Assembly: GCA_002170595.1 (NCBI GenBank)
Contig: NHDP01000016.1
Span: 5,207 to 69,206 of the forward strand
Direction of reading: 5' to 3'
DNA length: 64,000 nucleotides
From: Alphaproteobacteria bacterium TMED62
GTDB taxonomy: Bacteria > Pseudomonadota > Alphaproteobacteria > TMED109
The position numbers and the translations under genes are program-made. A model generated the notes under the pieces. It ran no database searches, was not told the DNA's origin, and saw nothing but the letters and a program-made list of their open reading frames with translations. Shown one piece after another: positions 1 to 10,510 of this stretch (position 1 is the first letter of the stretch; every line of letters starts with the position of its first letter).

Positions 1-387
1 AGCCCTTAATATCATTGATGATAAACACATATCATTTTTAATCAATGCATGTGAACCTGCTAATATTTCTGGAATTATAAATAATTTTCTAAAACAACTC
101 CCTTTATTTAACAAATTATTTAATCTCTGTGCGCCGGGTTCTGGATGAAATCCTTTTTTCATTTTTTCTGAAATATGTTCCCACCCACCTTTCCAGCCTT
201 CATCATCAATTAATTTATCAACTGTTTTAGATACATTATTAAAATTTATTCCTCTGTCTTGCCAATCTTTTATAGAAAATTCTATTAGACAAAACCCATC
301 TTTTTCAAGACTGGTTTTTTGATTTATTGATAATGTATCAAAATTTACAGACAGTCTGTTGAACGCTTCTTTAGTTGAATTAATCAT
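1..387 (-). CDS. PhyH-family (phytanoyl-CoA dioxygenase-like) Fe(II)/2-oxoglutarate oxygenase, N-terminal part only; the C-terminus lies beyond the window start
   Basis: Manual translation from the ATG at 387 is open to position 1 (129 codons, no stop): MINSTKEAFNRLSVNFDTLSINQKTSLEKDGFCLIEF...AQRLNNLL...FRKLFIIPEILAGSHALIKNDMCLSS. This resembles the PhyH N-terminal region. It is absent from the ORF track because the window edge truncates it. Confidence 0.5.
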   Translation of the reverse strand, partial: MINSTKEAFNRLSVNFDTLSINQKTSLEKDGFCLIEFSIKDWQDRGINFNNVSKTVDKLIDDEGWKGGWEHISEKMKKGFHPEPGAQRLNNLLNKGSCFRKLFIIPEILAGSHALIKNDMCLSSMILRA

Positions 388-476
388 ATTAATTATAAAT
401 TTTAGACAAAATTAGCACTATTAATTAACTGAAACAAGTAGATTATAATTCTTGATAAAGTCTACAATATTTATAT

Positions 477-1289
477 TTATTTATTTTGAACTCTTTTTAA
501 AGTAGCTCTATTTTTTCTATGATTTTTAGGTGGAATACTATTACAGTGAAATAATTGTTTTAATTCAGGATTGAGACTTTCAAGTTCTTTTTTTTTAAAC
601 ATTTTATCAAATTGAAAGTACGGTTTGATAAACCAACTACTGTACATTGAAAATATAGCCCATCTACTCTTAATAGAAGAAACACCAGCTTTATGAAATA
701 AACTAGTATCCAAAATAAATATATCCCCTTTTTTCCCGATAAAAAAATCAGTCTCATAAGCTTTATTTCTTTCTGGTCTAAAATTAAATTTATGCGAATA
801 AGGTACAAATTGAGTAGCTGCATTTTCTTTTGTAAAATCTTCTAATAAAAAAATAACAATGTAGCTTAGACTTGGTTTTACTGGAACTTTATTTTGAAAT
901 ACATACCTTGTATCAGTATGCCAACCAATACCACTAGTACCGCTTGATTTTTCTAGAGTTTTCAAAATTCTTTTATTTCTTGCAGAAGTACTTGTTAGAA
1001 CGTGGTCTTCATCTAATACTTTGCTCATTAATTTAAAAATATTTTCGTCATACACAAAGTCTAAAAGGTCTGGAAATTCTATAAAATAATTATAAAGAAC
1101 TTGATTATTAGAATTTCCAACAAATTCTGATTTTTTTATTCTCAAAGATAAAATTGTTTCTAAAACTTTAATTGTTTTTAAGCATTTTTCTTCTGATTTA
1201 TAATTTTTAATACGACTGAATCCTTTGTTTTCAAGATCTTTAAGTATTTTATTAAAATTAAAAAGCTTTTTGCTTATTTTTTTTATCAT
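477..1289 (-). CDS. PhyH-family Fe(II)/2-oxoglutarate-dependent oxygenase
   Basis: 270-aa ORF with an HxD facial-triad motif (GWHTDTRY), a distal His (SLFHKAG) and Arg (KSRWAIF). The order of these motifs is typical of the phytanoyl-CoA dioxygenase fold. Confidence 0.7.
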   Translation of the reverse strand: MIKKISKKLFNFNKILKDLENKGFSRIKNYKSEEKCLKTIKVLETILSLRIKKSEFVGNSNNQVLYNYFIEFPDLLDFVYDENIFKLMSKVLDEDHVLTSTSARNKRILKTLEKSSGTSGIGWHTDTRYVFQNKVPVKPSLSYIVIFLLEDFTKENAATQFVPYSHKFNFRPERNKAYETDFFIGKKGDIFILDTSLFHKAGVSSIKSRWAIFSMYSSWFIKPYFQFDKMFKKKELESLNPELKQLFHCNSIPPKNHRKNRATLKRVQNK

Positions 1290-1299
1290 TTATATACTT

Positions 1300-3102
1300 T
1301 TATTTTATTATTTTATTTAAAGCAATATAATCTTGATTTGCTTTTTTATATCCTAAAAAATTAAAGATTAAGTTCTTTGAGGATTTTTTTTTATTTATCC
1401 ATTCTTTTTCTATAGTGGATATATCCCTATTTAAAAAATTATATAATTTAATCTTCCAATTAGCATCCAAGACATCGAAAAAAAATAAACTTTTTTTAAA
1501 CACATTAGTTGCTTCTTTGTTGAGTCTATTATCAATAGTTTCAATATATATTAATGGTTTAGATGAAAAAATACACCAACCTACGGTACTTGTTGCTCTT
1601 GAAGTAATGATTAATCTAGAATTATTTATTAAATACCTTAAATCAATTTCGTCTAAATTTACTAAAATATTTTCCTTAGTTTTTGCTCTATTTATTTCAA
1701 TTGCTTCCCCACTATATCTTTTTGAAAAATATGGTTTGTATTGAACTTTATGAGGTAATTTCGCTAATATATCATCTATTAACCCTAACTCAAATTCTGC
1801 TTTACTAACATCACTAGACCCGGCTCTATTAGTAATACCTCTGTTTCCGCAATAAGCACTAGTAGATGCGTATAAAACAGGACTTTCATATAACTTTTTA
1901 TTTTTATACATCATTCCTTTTTTTAAATCCTCCGGCAAACCTAGCACTATATTTTTTGCTCTATGAAAGCGACTGAGCTTCGAATACCTTGCAGTAGCTT
2001 TATTATAAACAAAATAATAATCTACTATATTAGACTCATAAACAGAATCAACAGACAATATGTCCTCACTAATCTCTTTAGATATAGCATGCTGAAAACT
2101 AGCAGTCACAATATTATATTTTTTTGTTAATGAAGAAAAAGCTACTTCCATAGCCGTATTTGGGAAACCAAACAAGCATGCATAAATTTTTTTTTTTTTG
2201 CCTGAATTAAGTTGATTATTCCAGAAATCGTAAGCGGTTACATAACTATTAATATGTTGTGTAATTTTTTTTAAAAAAAAGCTTTCTGTATTTATTGTAT
2301 ATGCTGATCCTAATATCTCTTTTTGATACTGTATTATTATTTTTTCAATATTTTCAAAAATTTTAAAAGTATTTTTTTTAATTATTTTATCATCTAATAA
2401 ATTAATTTTTTTTGGAAACTTTAATATCAGATGACCTTTTAAAAAGCATCTAAAGGCTATTCGTTTTAATAAAGTATTTTCATTAGAATAATAAATTTTT
2501 TTAAATGGCCAATACTTTTGAAGTAACTTTCCTATTATACATATAATTCTAAAAAAAATACTACTGAAACTTTCAAATTTAAGTCTTATCCAAAAGTTGG
2601 TTTGAGGGTCTCTACCTAACCTATTTAAATCATCTGGTAAATGTTCTAATTCTATAACTTTACAATTCTTAAATTGGGCCATATAAGAGAATAAATCCCC
2701 ATTAATTGCATAATTTTTTATTTTGTCTTTAAAATCTAACATAACTAATAAGCAATTATCATTATTTATAAATTGATTGATTTTATTTGCTCTATACATA
2801 ATATTTTGGATAGAAATTAAATATCTAGCTATCCAAATACCCATAAAAGGATCATTATTATATTTAATAATGCTATTGTAAACTTTACCACTGAATTGAT
2901 AGGTTTTCTTACCTAAATTTACAAAATCTTCTGGAATAGTATTTTGTTCTAAGCCCAGTACATTTAAATTTTTATTAAGCACCAACGAGGGATTAAAAGA
3001 AATTAAAGTGTGATTTTTTAGGTTAGTTTTGGTTTTTAAATATTTTATTGATACTAAAGAGTCAACATATATATATTTAAATTTTTTTATATTTTTTTTC
3101 AT
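1300..3102 (-). CDS. Uncharacterised 600-aa protein, possibly a GT-B-like surface-polysaccharide transferase
   Basis: Long uninterrupted ORF in an operon-like position. I recognise no family motif. The C-terminal stretch (LINNSRLIITSRATSTVGWCIFSSKPLIYIE) resembles the C-terminal half of capsule or teichoic-type GT-B transferases. Confidence 0.45.
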   Translation of the reverse strand: MKKNIKKFKYIYVDSLVSIKYLKTKTNLKNHTLISFNPSLVLNKNLNVLGLEQNTIPEDFVNLGKKTYQFSGKVYNSIIKYNNDPFMGIWIARYLISIQNIMYRANKINQFINNDNCLLVMLDFKDKIKNYAINGDLFSYMAQFKNCKVIELEHLPDDLNRLGRDPQTNFWIRLKFESFSSIFFRIICIIGKLLQKYWPFKKIYYSNENTLLKRIAFRCFLKGHLILKFPKKINLLDDKIIKKNTFKIFENIEKIIIQYQKEILGSAYTINTESFFLKKITQHINSYVTAYDFWNNQLNSGKKKKIYACLFGFPNTAMEVAFSSLTKKYNIVTASFQHAISKEISEDILSVDSVYESNIVDYYFVYNKATARYSKLSRFHRAKNIVLGLPEDLKKGMMYKNKKLYESPVLYASTSAYCGNRGITNRAGSSDVSKAEFELGLIDDILAKLPHKVQYKPYFSKRYSGEAIEINRAKTKENILVNLDEIDLRYLINNSRLIITSRATSTVGWCIFSSKPLIYIETIDNRLNKEATNVFKKSLFFFDVLDANWKIKLYNFLNRDISTIEKEWINKKKSSKNLIFNFLGYKKANQDYIALNKIIK

Positions 3103-3128
3103 TTAATATTTAATTGCTACTAGTAATA

Positions 3129-3977
3129 CTAAAATTGATTTATGGTTTTTGCTGGTATTCCTGCAATTGTAGAATTTTTTTTACCTTTAAAATCAAGAAG
3201 TAACGACATTGCTCCAACCCTACTGTGACTATCTAAAACAGTACTGCCTAATATTTGTGACCCTGTATAGATAGTAACAAAATCTTTAATTACAGGGTTA
3301 CCGCCATTTAATGTAGTCCCTATTGTGCAGCAATGATAAATAGTAACAAAAGAACCTAGTTTTGCATTTCTTGTAAAAACAATAGTGCCTGGATGGGCAA
3401 AAATAAGGCCTGGTCCGGCTTTAACATTTAAAGGTAATTGAATAGACAAAATCATACAAAATAAATAATGAAGAAAAGCTATAAGCCAATAAAAAATTAT
3501 TAATAATTTATATTTTCTTAAATACTTTGATAATCTGTATGTGATATTAACTAAAACTTGAGGTTTTATTAGTAATAGTTTAAGTAGACTACAATTTTTT
3601 GTAGCCACTAAGTCGATATATAAATTAGTTAGTTCATTACATGAATTATGATCAATCAAGAATAATTCATAGATGTAATAATATTTGCATTTAATATTTT
3701 TTTCTTTAATATATTTAAAAATTTCTAGATACGCGTTACTGCATACTATTATCAAATCAGGTTTTTTTTGTAGTATTTTTTTTGGAGTAAAGCAATTTAT
3801 TTTTTTAAATTTTTTATCAAGATTTTTTTTATTAGTATCAACTATATATTCTATTTTGTCTGCCGGTAGCCATTTACTTAATGCTAACTCTCCCAAGCCT
3901 CCAAACCCCCATACTACAATTTTCTTATATTCTAATAGATTTTTATCTATTTTTTTTTTTATTAAAGAGTTAAACAC
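3129..3977 (-). CDS. Left-handed beta-helix (hexapeptide) O-acetyltransferase, WcaB/CysE-like, with an extra N-terminal Rossmann-like domain
   Basis: Hexapeptide-repeat region GPGLIFAHPGTIVFTRNAKLGSFVTIYHCCTIGT...PVIKDFVTIYTGSQILGSTV. N-terminus KIVVWGFGGLGELAL. Confidence 0.7.
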   Translation of the reverse strand: MFNSLIKKKIDKNLLEYKKIVVWGFGGLGELALSKWLPADKIEYIVDTNKKNLDKKFKKINCFTPKKILQKKPDLIIVCSNAYLEIFKYIKEKNIKCKYYYIYELFLIDHNSCNELTNLYIDLVATKNCSLLKLLLIKPQVLVNITYRLSKYLRKYKLLIIFYWLIAFLHYLFCMILSIQLPLNVKAGPGLIFAHPGTIVFTRNAKLGSFVTIYHCCTIGTTLNGGNPVIKDFVTIYTGSQILGSTVLDSHSRVGAMSLLLDFKGKKNSTIAGIPAKTINQF

Positions 3978-4286
3978 TTAAAGAGTAATTTCTTTATTAG
4001 TAAAAAGAATAACAGGATATTTTATTTTATGTAAAACTGTATTTTTAATATAAAGGATTTTTTTAAAGCAAGCATGGTTTATAAAAAAAAAAATTTTTTT
4101 AAAATACTTCAAATTAATAAATAACATCTATAAATACCATATCATACTACTATTAATATAAACTAATAAATAAAAAAATAAAATTTTTTATTTAATTTTC
4201 TTTATCTACATATTATTTAATAAGTGTACAATGCTAAAACAGTAACTTTAAGTTTCTTTATTTATTACTGAAGTTAATTTATTTAA

Positions 4287-4979
4287 TCACCAAATTTTCC
4301 GTAGTATGTAAAATGCTTCAGCTTTTTTTAAGCCTGACTCACTTCCTCTTTTTATAGCAAGAGCTTCAATAGCTTTGTATGATCTTGGATGGGGAAATGC
4401 TTTTAATTCCTTTTCATAAGATTTTAAAGCTATGAGCTTTTCTTTCCATACATCTTGTATATTAACAAAAAAGTTAGGTTTAAAAATATAGGGAAACTCA
4501 TATGGAGATTGATCTGTACTAGATGGTGTCTCAAAACATCTAATTTCAGGGTTTATTTTATGATATGCTATAGGCCTTAATGCAACTAAGGTGGTTTGTG
4601 CTGCAATTTGATGGTCTTTATTTATATCATTAGGATGGTGAATATAAACAATATCAGGTTTTAAACTTTCTATTATTTTCTCTAATTTTTTTACTATATT
4701 TAATTGAGCAACGGAGTCTAGTTTTTGGTCAGGGTATTTATAAACTTTATGTAAATTTACTCCTGCTAATTTACTCCACTTACGTGCATTACTTAACCTT
4801 TTATAATTCTTGTCAGTTTTATTTATTTTTGCTCCTTCTCCTAAGGACAAGATAACTAAAAAAACTTTTTCGCCATGTCTTGAATGTTTAATAAGTGTGC
4901 CACCTACACCTAACGCCTCATCATCAGGGTGAGCTACAATACACAGTATTGTTTTAGAATTAGTTTTTTTAATAAACAT
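4287..4979 (-). CDS. PIG-L/LmbE-family N-acetyl-sugar deacetylase
   Basis: Zinc-site motifs VAHPDDEALGVGGT and HHPNDINKDH. The 230-aa size is typical of the family. Confidence 0.8.
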   Translation of the reverse strand: MFIKKTNSKTILCIVAHPDDEALGVGGTLIKHSRHGEKVFLVILSLGEGAKINKTDKNYKRLSNARKWSKLAGVNLHKVYKYPDQKLDSVAQLNIVKKLEKIIESLKPDIVYIHHPNDINKDHQIAAQTTLVALRPIAYHKINPEIRCFETPSSTDQSPYEFPYIFKPNFFVNIQDVWKEKLIALKSYEKELKAFPHPRSYKAIEALAIKRGSESGLKKAEAFYILRKIW

Positions 4980-5078
4980 TTACTATTATTATTTAATATA
5001 CATCTAAAAAAATATTAGTAAATTGATATAGTATAAAAAAATTGTTTAATATTTTAATTTTAAAAGTATAATTTTTAA

Positions 5079-6263
5079 ATGAATAATCTCAGGTTTCCCT
5101 ATGCTAGAGCAGATTTGAATAAAAATGATATTAAAGCAGTTCTAAAAGTCTTAGAAACCCAATATTTAGCTCAAGGTCAAGTAGTAAAAAAATTTGAAGA
5201 AAAATTAAAAAATAAATTTGATGTATCAGATGCTATTATTTGTAATTCAGGTACTGCTGCATTACATTCTGTTTATAGATCTTTGGGATTAAATAACGAA
5301 AATGGAATCATAACTACACCTATTACTTTTTTAGCTACTGCGAATGCTGCAAGAATGTGTAATGCTCCAGTTTTTTTTACTGATGTTGATAGTAAGTCTG
5401 GACTAATGACACCAAAAAAATTACAAGAAGCATTTAATAGAGTTAAATTTAAAGTTAAAGCAGTAGTGGTAGTGCATTTAGGAGGACACTTATGTGATTT
5501 AGAAGGATTATCTAAAGTTGCTAAGAAATATAATAGTTTTATTATAGAAGATGCCTGTCATGCTTTGGGGGCACTTCATTATGGTAAAAAAAATAGTCTT
5601 ATTGGTAGTTGTAAATATAGTTTGGCAACTACTTTTAGCTTCCATGCAATTAAGAATATAACAATGGGTGAAGGAGGAGCTATAACCACAAATAATTCAA
5701 ATCTTGCCAATAAAATTAAACTAAATATTAGTCATGGCATGATTAGAAATAAAAGAGAAATGATTAATCCACCTAAAGACGCTCCTTGGTATTATCAGAT
5801 GAAAGATATTGGGTGGAACTATAGAGCCAGCGAAATATCTTGTGCTCTAGGATTAAGTCAATTTAAGAGAATAAACAAAATTATAGAAAAAAGAGATATC
5901 ATTGCTAATCTGTACAAAAATCATTTAGCTCACAATGAATACATTAGCTTGCCAAAATTTAGTAATAGAAAATATGGAGAAGGTTGGCATTTATTTCAAC
6001 TTAATATTGATTTTAAAAAGTTGAAAGTAAAAAAACAGGAATTTATAAAACATCTTAGAAATCATTCAATTGGGTCACAAGTACATTACATTCCTTTAGT
6101 ATATCAGCCTTATTACTCAAATAACGAGGAAAAAAAATTTTTAATTGAAGCAGCTACCTTTTATAACAACACTATTAGCATACCTATGTATACTGGCTTG
6201 AATAAAAAGAATGTGAGATTTATTGCAAAGGTAATAAATAATTTTTTTAATATAACAAATTAA
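5079..6263 (+). CDS. pseC: DegT/PseC-type PLP aminotransferase (UDP-4-amino-4,6-dideoxy-N-acetyl-beta-L-altrosamine transaminase)
   Basis: N-terminus FPYARADL..DI.AV..VL....LAQGQVVKKFE, then NSGTAAL and the PLP-Lys motif FSFHAIKNITMGEGG. It sits next to pseH, pseG and pseB. Confidence 0.75.
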   Translation: MNNLRFPYARADLNKNDIKAVLKVLETQYLAQGQVVKKFEEKLKNKFDVSDAIICNSGTAALHSVYRSLGLNNENGIITTPITFLATANAARMCNAPVFFTDVDSKSGLMTPKKLQEAFNRVKFKVKAVVVVHLGGHLCDLEGLSKVAKKYNSFIIEDACHALGALHYGKKNSLIGSCKYSLATTFSFHAIKNITMGEGGAITTNNSNLANKIKLNISHGMIRNKREMINPPKDAPWYYQMKDIGWNYRASEISCALGLSQFKRINKIIEKRDIIANLYKNHLAHNEYISLPKFSNRKYGEGWHLFQLNIDFKKLKVKKQEFIKHLRNHSIGSQVHYIPLVYQPYYSNNEEKKFLIEAATFYNNTISIPMYTGLNKKNVRFIAKVINNFFNITN

Positions 6264-6280
6264 CATAGTTAAAAGTAAGT

Positions 6281-6730
6281 ATGTCTGAAATAAAGATAAG
6301 AAAACTTAATAGAAGAGATATATTTTTATTATATTGTTGGTTTAATGATAAAGAAAACCTTCAATTTAAAATTAAAACAAAATATAAAATACTTTTTAGA
6401 AATCATAAAGTCTGGCTTCTTAATTTTATAAAAAATAAAACAGGTTTTATTTGGATAATAAAATATAAAAATAAAGATGTTGGTAATATAAGATTAAATA
6501 AACTATTTTATAAAACCTATGAAATAGATATATTTATAATGAAAGAGTTTAGAAGCTTAAAAATTGCAAGTAAGTCTTTAATAAAAGTAGAAAATAACTT
6601 AAAAAAAGGAAGCGTAATACATTCATATGTTAAAAAAAATAATTTGAGATCATACAAGTTTTTTATAAAAAATAATTTTAGTTTATTTAATACTAATAAA
6701 GAGGTTTGGTTTTTAAAGAAGCATGTTTAA
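6281..6730 (+). CDS. pseH: Small GNAT-family N-acetyltransferase, PseH-like by context
   Basis: 149-aa ORF starting 18 nt after pseC, with GNAT-like size and pattern. The assignment rests mainly on its position between pseC and pseG. Confidence 0.5.
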   Translation: MSEIKIRKLNRRDIFLLYCWFNDKENLQFKIKTKYKILFRNHKVWLLNFIKNKTGFIWIIKYKNKDVGNIRLNKLFYKTYEIDIFIMKEFRSLKIASKSLIKVENNLKKGSVIHSYVKKNNLRSYKFFIKNNFSLFNTNKEVWFLKKHV

Positions 6731-7701
6731 TTATTATAATCATAAATATAATTTTCTATTTTTTCTAATATTCTTGATGTTCCATGATTATCAAATTGTT
6801 TAGATATCATTTCTTTAATATTATTTGTTGTTTGATCAGATTGAACCATTAAAAGAATCTTTTGCTTCAAATCTCTATGTATATTTTTAACTATAAGTGC
6901 ACATCCACTTTCTTCCCAACTCGTTAATAATTTTTTTTGAATTTCATTTTGAGCAACTAAAACAGTTGGTATATTGTATTCTAATCTTTCAATTTGGGAA
7001 AACCCTGGTGCTCCGATTGCAAAGTCACTATAGTTATAAATTTTATCAAGACTAGTTGGATTTCTAAAAAGTGTAAAATTTTTATTTAAGGATATCATTC
7101 TCCTTATAGAAGTTATATTCATTTTATATTTTCCTAAAATAATATTTACTTTAAATTTATCTTCCATTAAAAATCCATTAAAAGTGAGCTCTTGAAGGGT
7201 CTTAATTATTTTTTCGGTAAAGCATTTAGTATCAACATTTCCAAATGATACTAAAATATTTTTAATTTTTTTATTTTTCCTTAGCTTTTGACTTTTTTTT
7301 ATAAACGGTAAGTATTTTAAGCCTGATATAAAGTTTCTTTTATTAATGTTAATAGGATGCATGCATATACTTAAAACATTATTAACTAATAAATATTTAT
7401 CTACGAAAATTACTACAGGTTTTATCCTCAAAATATTATTTTTTCTAAATTTTTCTATTTCCGGATTATCTATTATTATACATTTTGCGTTATATTTTAT
7501 TGCGTATTTTTCTGTTCTTAAAAATGATGTATGATTTTTTTCTTCTATGATTTCATCTTGTAAGATTTTTAATAAATTTTTTTTTGTACCCTTATCTACA
7601 AACCATACAACCTTACTGTTGATTTTTTTTCTTATTTTTAAACATCTATTAATATGTCCCTGTCCAAAATTAGAAGCAGTTGCTACTCTAATGATGTACA
7701 T
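6727..7701 (-). CDS. pseG: UDP-2,4-diacetamido-2,4,6-trideoxy-beta-L-altropyranose hydrolase (PseG, GT28-like)
   Basis: N-terminus RVATASNFGQGHINRCLKI (G-x-GH-x-x-R signature of PseG) and GT-B C-terminal half GAPGFSQIERLEYNIPTVLV. Its start overlaps the pseB stop by 1 nt. Confidence 0.7.
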   Translation of the reverse strand: MYIIRVATASNFGQGHINRCLKIRKKINSKVVWFVDKGTKKNLLKILQDEIIEEKNHTSFLRTEKYAIKYNAKCIIIDNPEIEKFRKNNILRIKPVVIFVDKYLLVNNVLSICMHPININKRNFISGLKYLPFIKKSQKLRKNKKIKNILVSFGNVDTKCFTEKIIKTLQELTFNGFLMEDKFKVNIILGKYKMNITSIRRMISLNKNFTLFRNPTSLDKIYNYSDFAIGAPGFSQIERLEYNIPTVLVAQNEIQKKLLTSWEESGCALIVKNIHRDLKQKILLMVQSDQTTNNIKEMISKQFDNHGTSRILEKIENYIYDYNN

Positions 7702-8708
7702 TAAACTAAATTTTTTATTAATTTTTTTATTTCATTAGTTTGTAAAAAATTTTGATTGTTTTTGCTAGAATATTCAAAAGGCTTTACAATTTTTTTACCA
7801 TTTTTTTTTATATTAGGCTTTATCTTTGTCCTGTCCCACCAACTAAGCATTGGCTGTATAATATAAAAATCTTTCATTTCTATACAGTTTAAGGACTCTT
7901 CTTTAGGTATCATTACTTCATGTAATTTTTCGCCGGGTCTAATACCAATAAGGTCATAATTCTTATTATTACTAATAGCATATATTAAATCTTTAATCTT
8001 AATACTTGGTATTTTTGGAATAAAGATTTCTCCTCCACTCATATTATTTAAACTATTAAAAACGAATTCTATTCCCTGCTCTATAGTTATTATAAATCTA
8101 GTCATTCTTTCATCAGTTAAAGGTAGTTTTTTAATACCTGTAGATAAAAGCTTTTTAAAATGTGGAATAATACTTCCTCTTGATCCTAAAACATTCCCAT
8201 ATCTTACTATAGAAAACCTAGTTTTTCTTTTGCCTACTAAATTATTTGCAGCTACAAATAATTTATCAGCGCAGAGTTTAGTTGCTCCATACAAATTAAT
8301 AGGGTTTGCAGCTTTATCTGTAGATAAAGCAATTATTTTATCAACATTATTTATAATGCTAGCATCAATTAAATTTTGTGCCCCTAAAATGTTGGTAGCT
8401 ATACACTCAGTAGGATTATATTCAGAAGCAGGTACTTGCTTCATTGCAGCAGCATGAATAATAATATTAATACTAGAACAAGCTCTTACCAATCTTTCTT
8501 TATCTCTAATATCTCCTAAAAAGTATCTTACCGGAAATTTATCTTCAGGAAACTTTTGTGATAATTCAAACTGTTTTAGTTCGTCTCTACTATAAACAAC
8601 TACCTTTTTTGGTTTACTAGAAAATAAAATGTTTTTTAAACATTGAGACCCAAAAAAACCTGTTGCTCCAGTAATTAAAATAGACTTATTATTAAATTGT
8701 GATAACAC
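7701..8708 (-). CDS. pseB: UDP-N-acetylglucosamine 4,6-dehydratase (inverting), PseB/FlaA1 family
   Basis: ILITGATGFFGS, YSRDELKQ, STDKAANPINLYGATKLCADKLF (YxxxK), VRYGNVLGSRGS. Confidence 0.85.
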   Translation of the reverse strand: MLSQFNNKSILITGATGFFGSQCLKNILFSSKPKKVVVYSRDELKQFELSQKFPEDKFPVRYFLGDIRDKERLVRACSSINIIIHAAAMKQVPASEYNPTECIATNILGAQNLIDASIINNVDKIIALSTDKAANPINLYGATKLCADKLFVAANNLVGKRKTRFSIVRYGNVLGSRGSIIPHFKKLLSTGIKKLPLTDERMTRFIITIEQGIEFVFNSLNNMSGGEIFIPKIPSIKIKDLIYAISNNKNYDLIGIRPGEKLHEVMIPKEESLNCIEMKDFYIIQPMLSWWDRTKIKPNIKKNGKKIVKPFEYSSKNNQNFLQTNEIKKLIKNLV

Positions 8709-8710
8709 AT

Positions 8711-10510
8711 CTAACCTCTATGATAATTTTTAGGATTACCCTCATACTGGACTTTACCATTTTTAATTGCAATGACATAATCTGTTTTCATGAATGAGGA
8801 TACCCTATGAGATATTAAAATTATAGTTATTTTTTTTCTCTTTTTAATAATAGTATGCAAACTTTTATGTATAATATCTTCAGTTTTAGTATCAACTGCA
8901 CTAGTAGCTTCATCTAAAATCAAAATTTCACTATTTTTTAATAGTGCTCTTGCTAGAATTAATCTTTGTCTTTGCCCTCCAGATAGGCTTTGTCCCAACA
9001 GGCCTACATTAGTATCTAATTTTTTAGGTAGTGATTTAATAAATTTATTCATTTTTACTAATGTTAAGGCATCCCATATTTTTTTTTGTGAAACTTTTTT
9101 TGAACCGTATGTTATGTTATTTAATATACTATCATTAAATAAGAATGGATCCTGTGGAATATATGCAATTAACTTTCTTAAATATTTTTCTCCAATTTGG
9201 TTAATTTCTGAATTATCAAAAAATATTTCTCCTCTATCTGCTATTAGAATCTTAGATATCAAGCTAACTATTGTTGACTTACCTGACCCAGATGGACCTA
9301 CAATAGCGTTAATTTTACCAACTTTGACTTTAAAGCATAAATTTACTAAGATATTTTTCTGAGCCTCATTATAATTGAAGTAAACATTCTTGAATTCTAT
9401 TTCTTTATTTAGTTCTAATTTAGAAATATTTCCCTTATCTGTATTAGACAATTTTTCTGCATTTTCATATATTTTTTCACAAAATTTATATGATGGTAAA
9501 AGTTCAACTAGTCTTGTTATATTATATTGGAATACCTTAAAAGTAGGAGTAAGTCTCATAAAAGCAACGCTAAATATTACTATTTTGGTAGCATCAAAAC
9601 TAAAGTTAGCAATTAAACTATTTAAAACTACTAATATAATAATTGTTGATATTGATATAAACAATAACTGAGCTGTTGCTGATATTCTAGTAATGCTTAC
9701 AGAGTTCTCATAAATTTTTTGTTGTACAGTTAATAATCTCAAAGTCTCTTTATTTACCGTATCAAACGTTTTAATTGTTTTCCATCCTAAAAATCTTTCT
9801 GTAATAAGATCTCTATATTCCGATCTTAATCCTACTAAGTTTTCACTTATTCTTTTTGTCCTGATTGCAAATGTACTACCAGTAATAAATACTATGAAAC
9901 TCAAAAATATAACTCCTAATAGAGTAGGAATAAAAGAAGTCAAAAGTAATACTGTCATGTAAATAAGCATAGTTAGTATATTTGTATAAAAAGTTAAATA
10001 ACTTTTCACTGTCATGGCTACCATTTGTGGTTCTATATCAGTAGCATTAATAAATTTCCCTGTATTAAATGCATTCATAAACCTATAAGAAGATTTCATG
10101 AGGCAGCTGAACATTTCTAAGTTTATTTTTTTATGAATTTCTGCAGTAATTTTTTGTATCAGAATCAAATTAAAATAATTAAGAATTTGTCTTAATACTA
10201 TAAATAATATAGCCATGCTTGATAATAGAATTGTACTTAACTTAATATTTAAAAAATCTAAAGAATTATATAAATATAAACATAGTAAAGAAGACTTTTT
10301 AAACTTTTCTATATCACCTTCTACTTGAATAAAACTTAATAAAGGCACTAAAATTGATACTCCCAAGCCTTCAAAAACTAAAGTTAAAGTTCCAAGGAGA
10401 AAAGCTAAATATATTTTAGCTTTATTAAACGCTTTTAATTTGATTAAAAACTTAATATGCCCTTCTACATAGTTTTTTAATTTGAATAATTTTATTATAT
10501 TTTCAAACAT
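8711..10510 (-). CDS. MsbA/PglK-like ABC exporter (fused transmembrane domain + ATPase)
   Basis: N-terminal half has multiple hydrophobic helices. Walker A GPSGSGKST, signature LSGGQRQR, Walker B ILILDEATSAVD. Confidence 0.85.
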   Translation of the reverse strand: MFENIIKLFKLKNYVEGHIKFLIKLKAFNKAKIYLAFLLGTLTLVFEGLGVSILVPLLSFIQVEGDIEKFKKSSLLCLYLYNSLDFLNIKLSTILLSSMAILFIVLRQILNYFNLILIQKITAEIHKKINLEMFSCLMKSSYRFMNAFNTGKFINATDIEPQMVAMTVKSYLTFYTNILTMLIYMTVLLLTSFIPTLLGVIFLSFIVFITGSTFAIRTKRISENLVGLRSEYRDLITERFLGWKTIKTFDTVNKETLRLLTVQQKIYENSVSITRISATAQLLFISISTIIILVVLNSLIANFSFDATKIVIFSVAFMRLTPTFKVFQYNITRLVELLPSYKFCEKIYENAEKLSNTDKGNISKLELNKEIEFKNVYFNYNEAQKNILVNLCFKVKVGKINAIVGPSGSGKSTIVSLISKILIADRGEIFFDNSEINQIGEKYLRKLIAYIPQDPFLFNDSILNNITYGSKKVSQKKIWDALTLVKMNKFIKSLPKKLDTNVGLLGQSLSGGQRQRLILARALLKNSEILILDEATSAVDTKTEDIIHKSLHTIIKKRKKITIILISHRVSSFMKTDYVIAIKNGKVQYEGNPKNYHRG

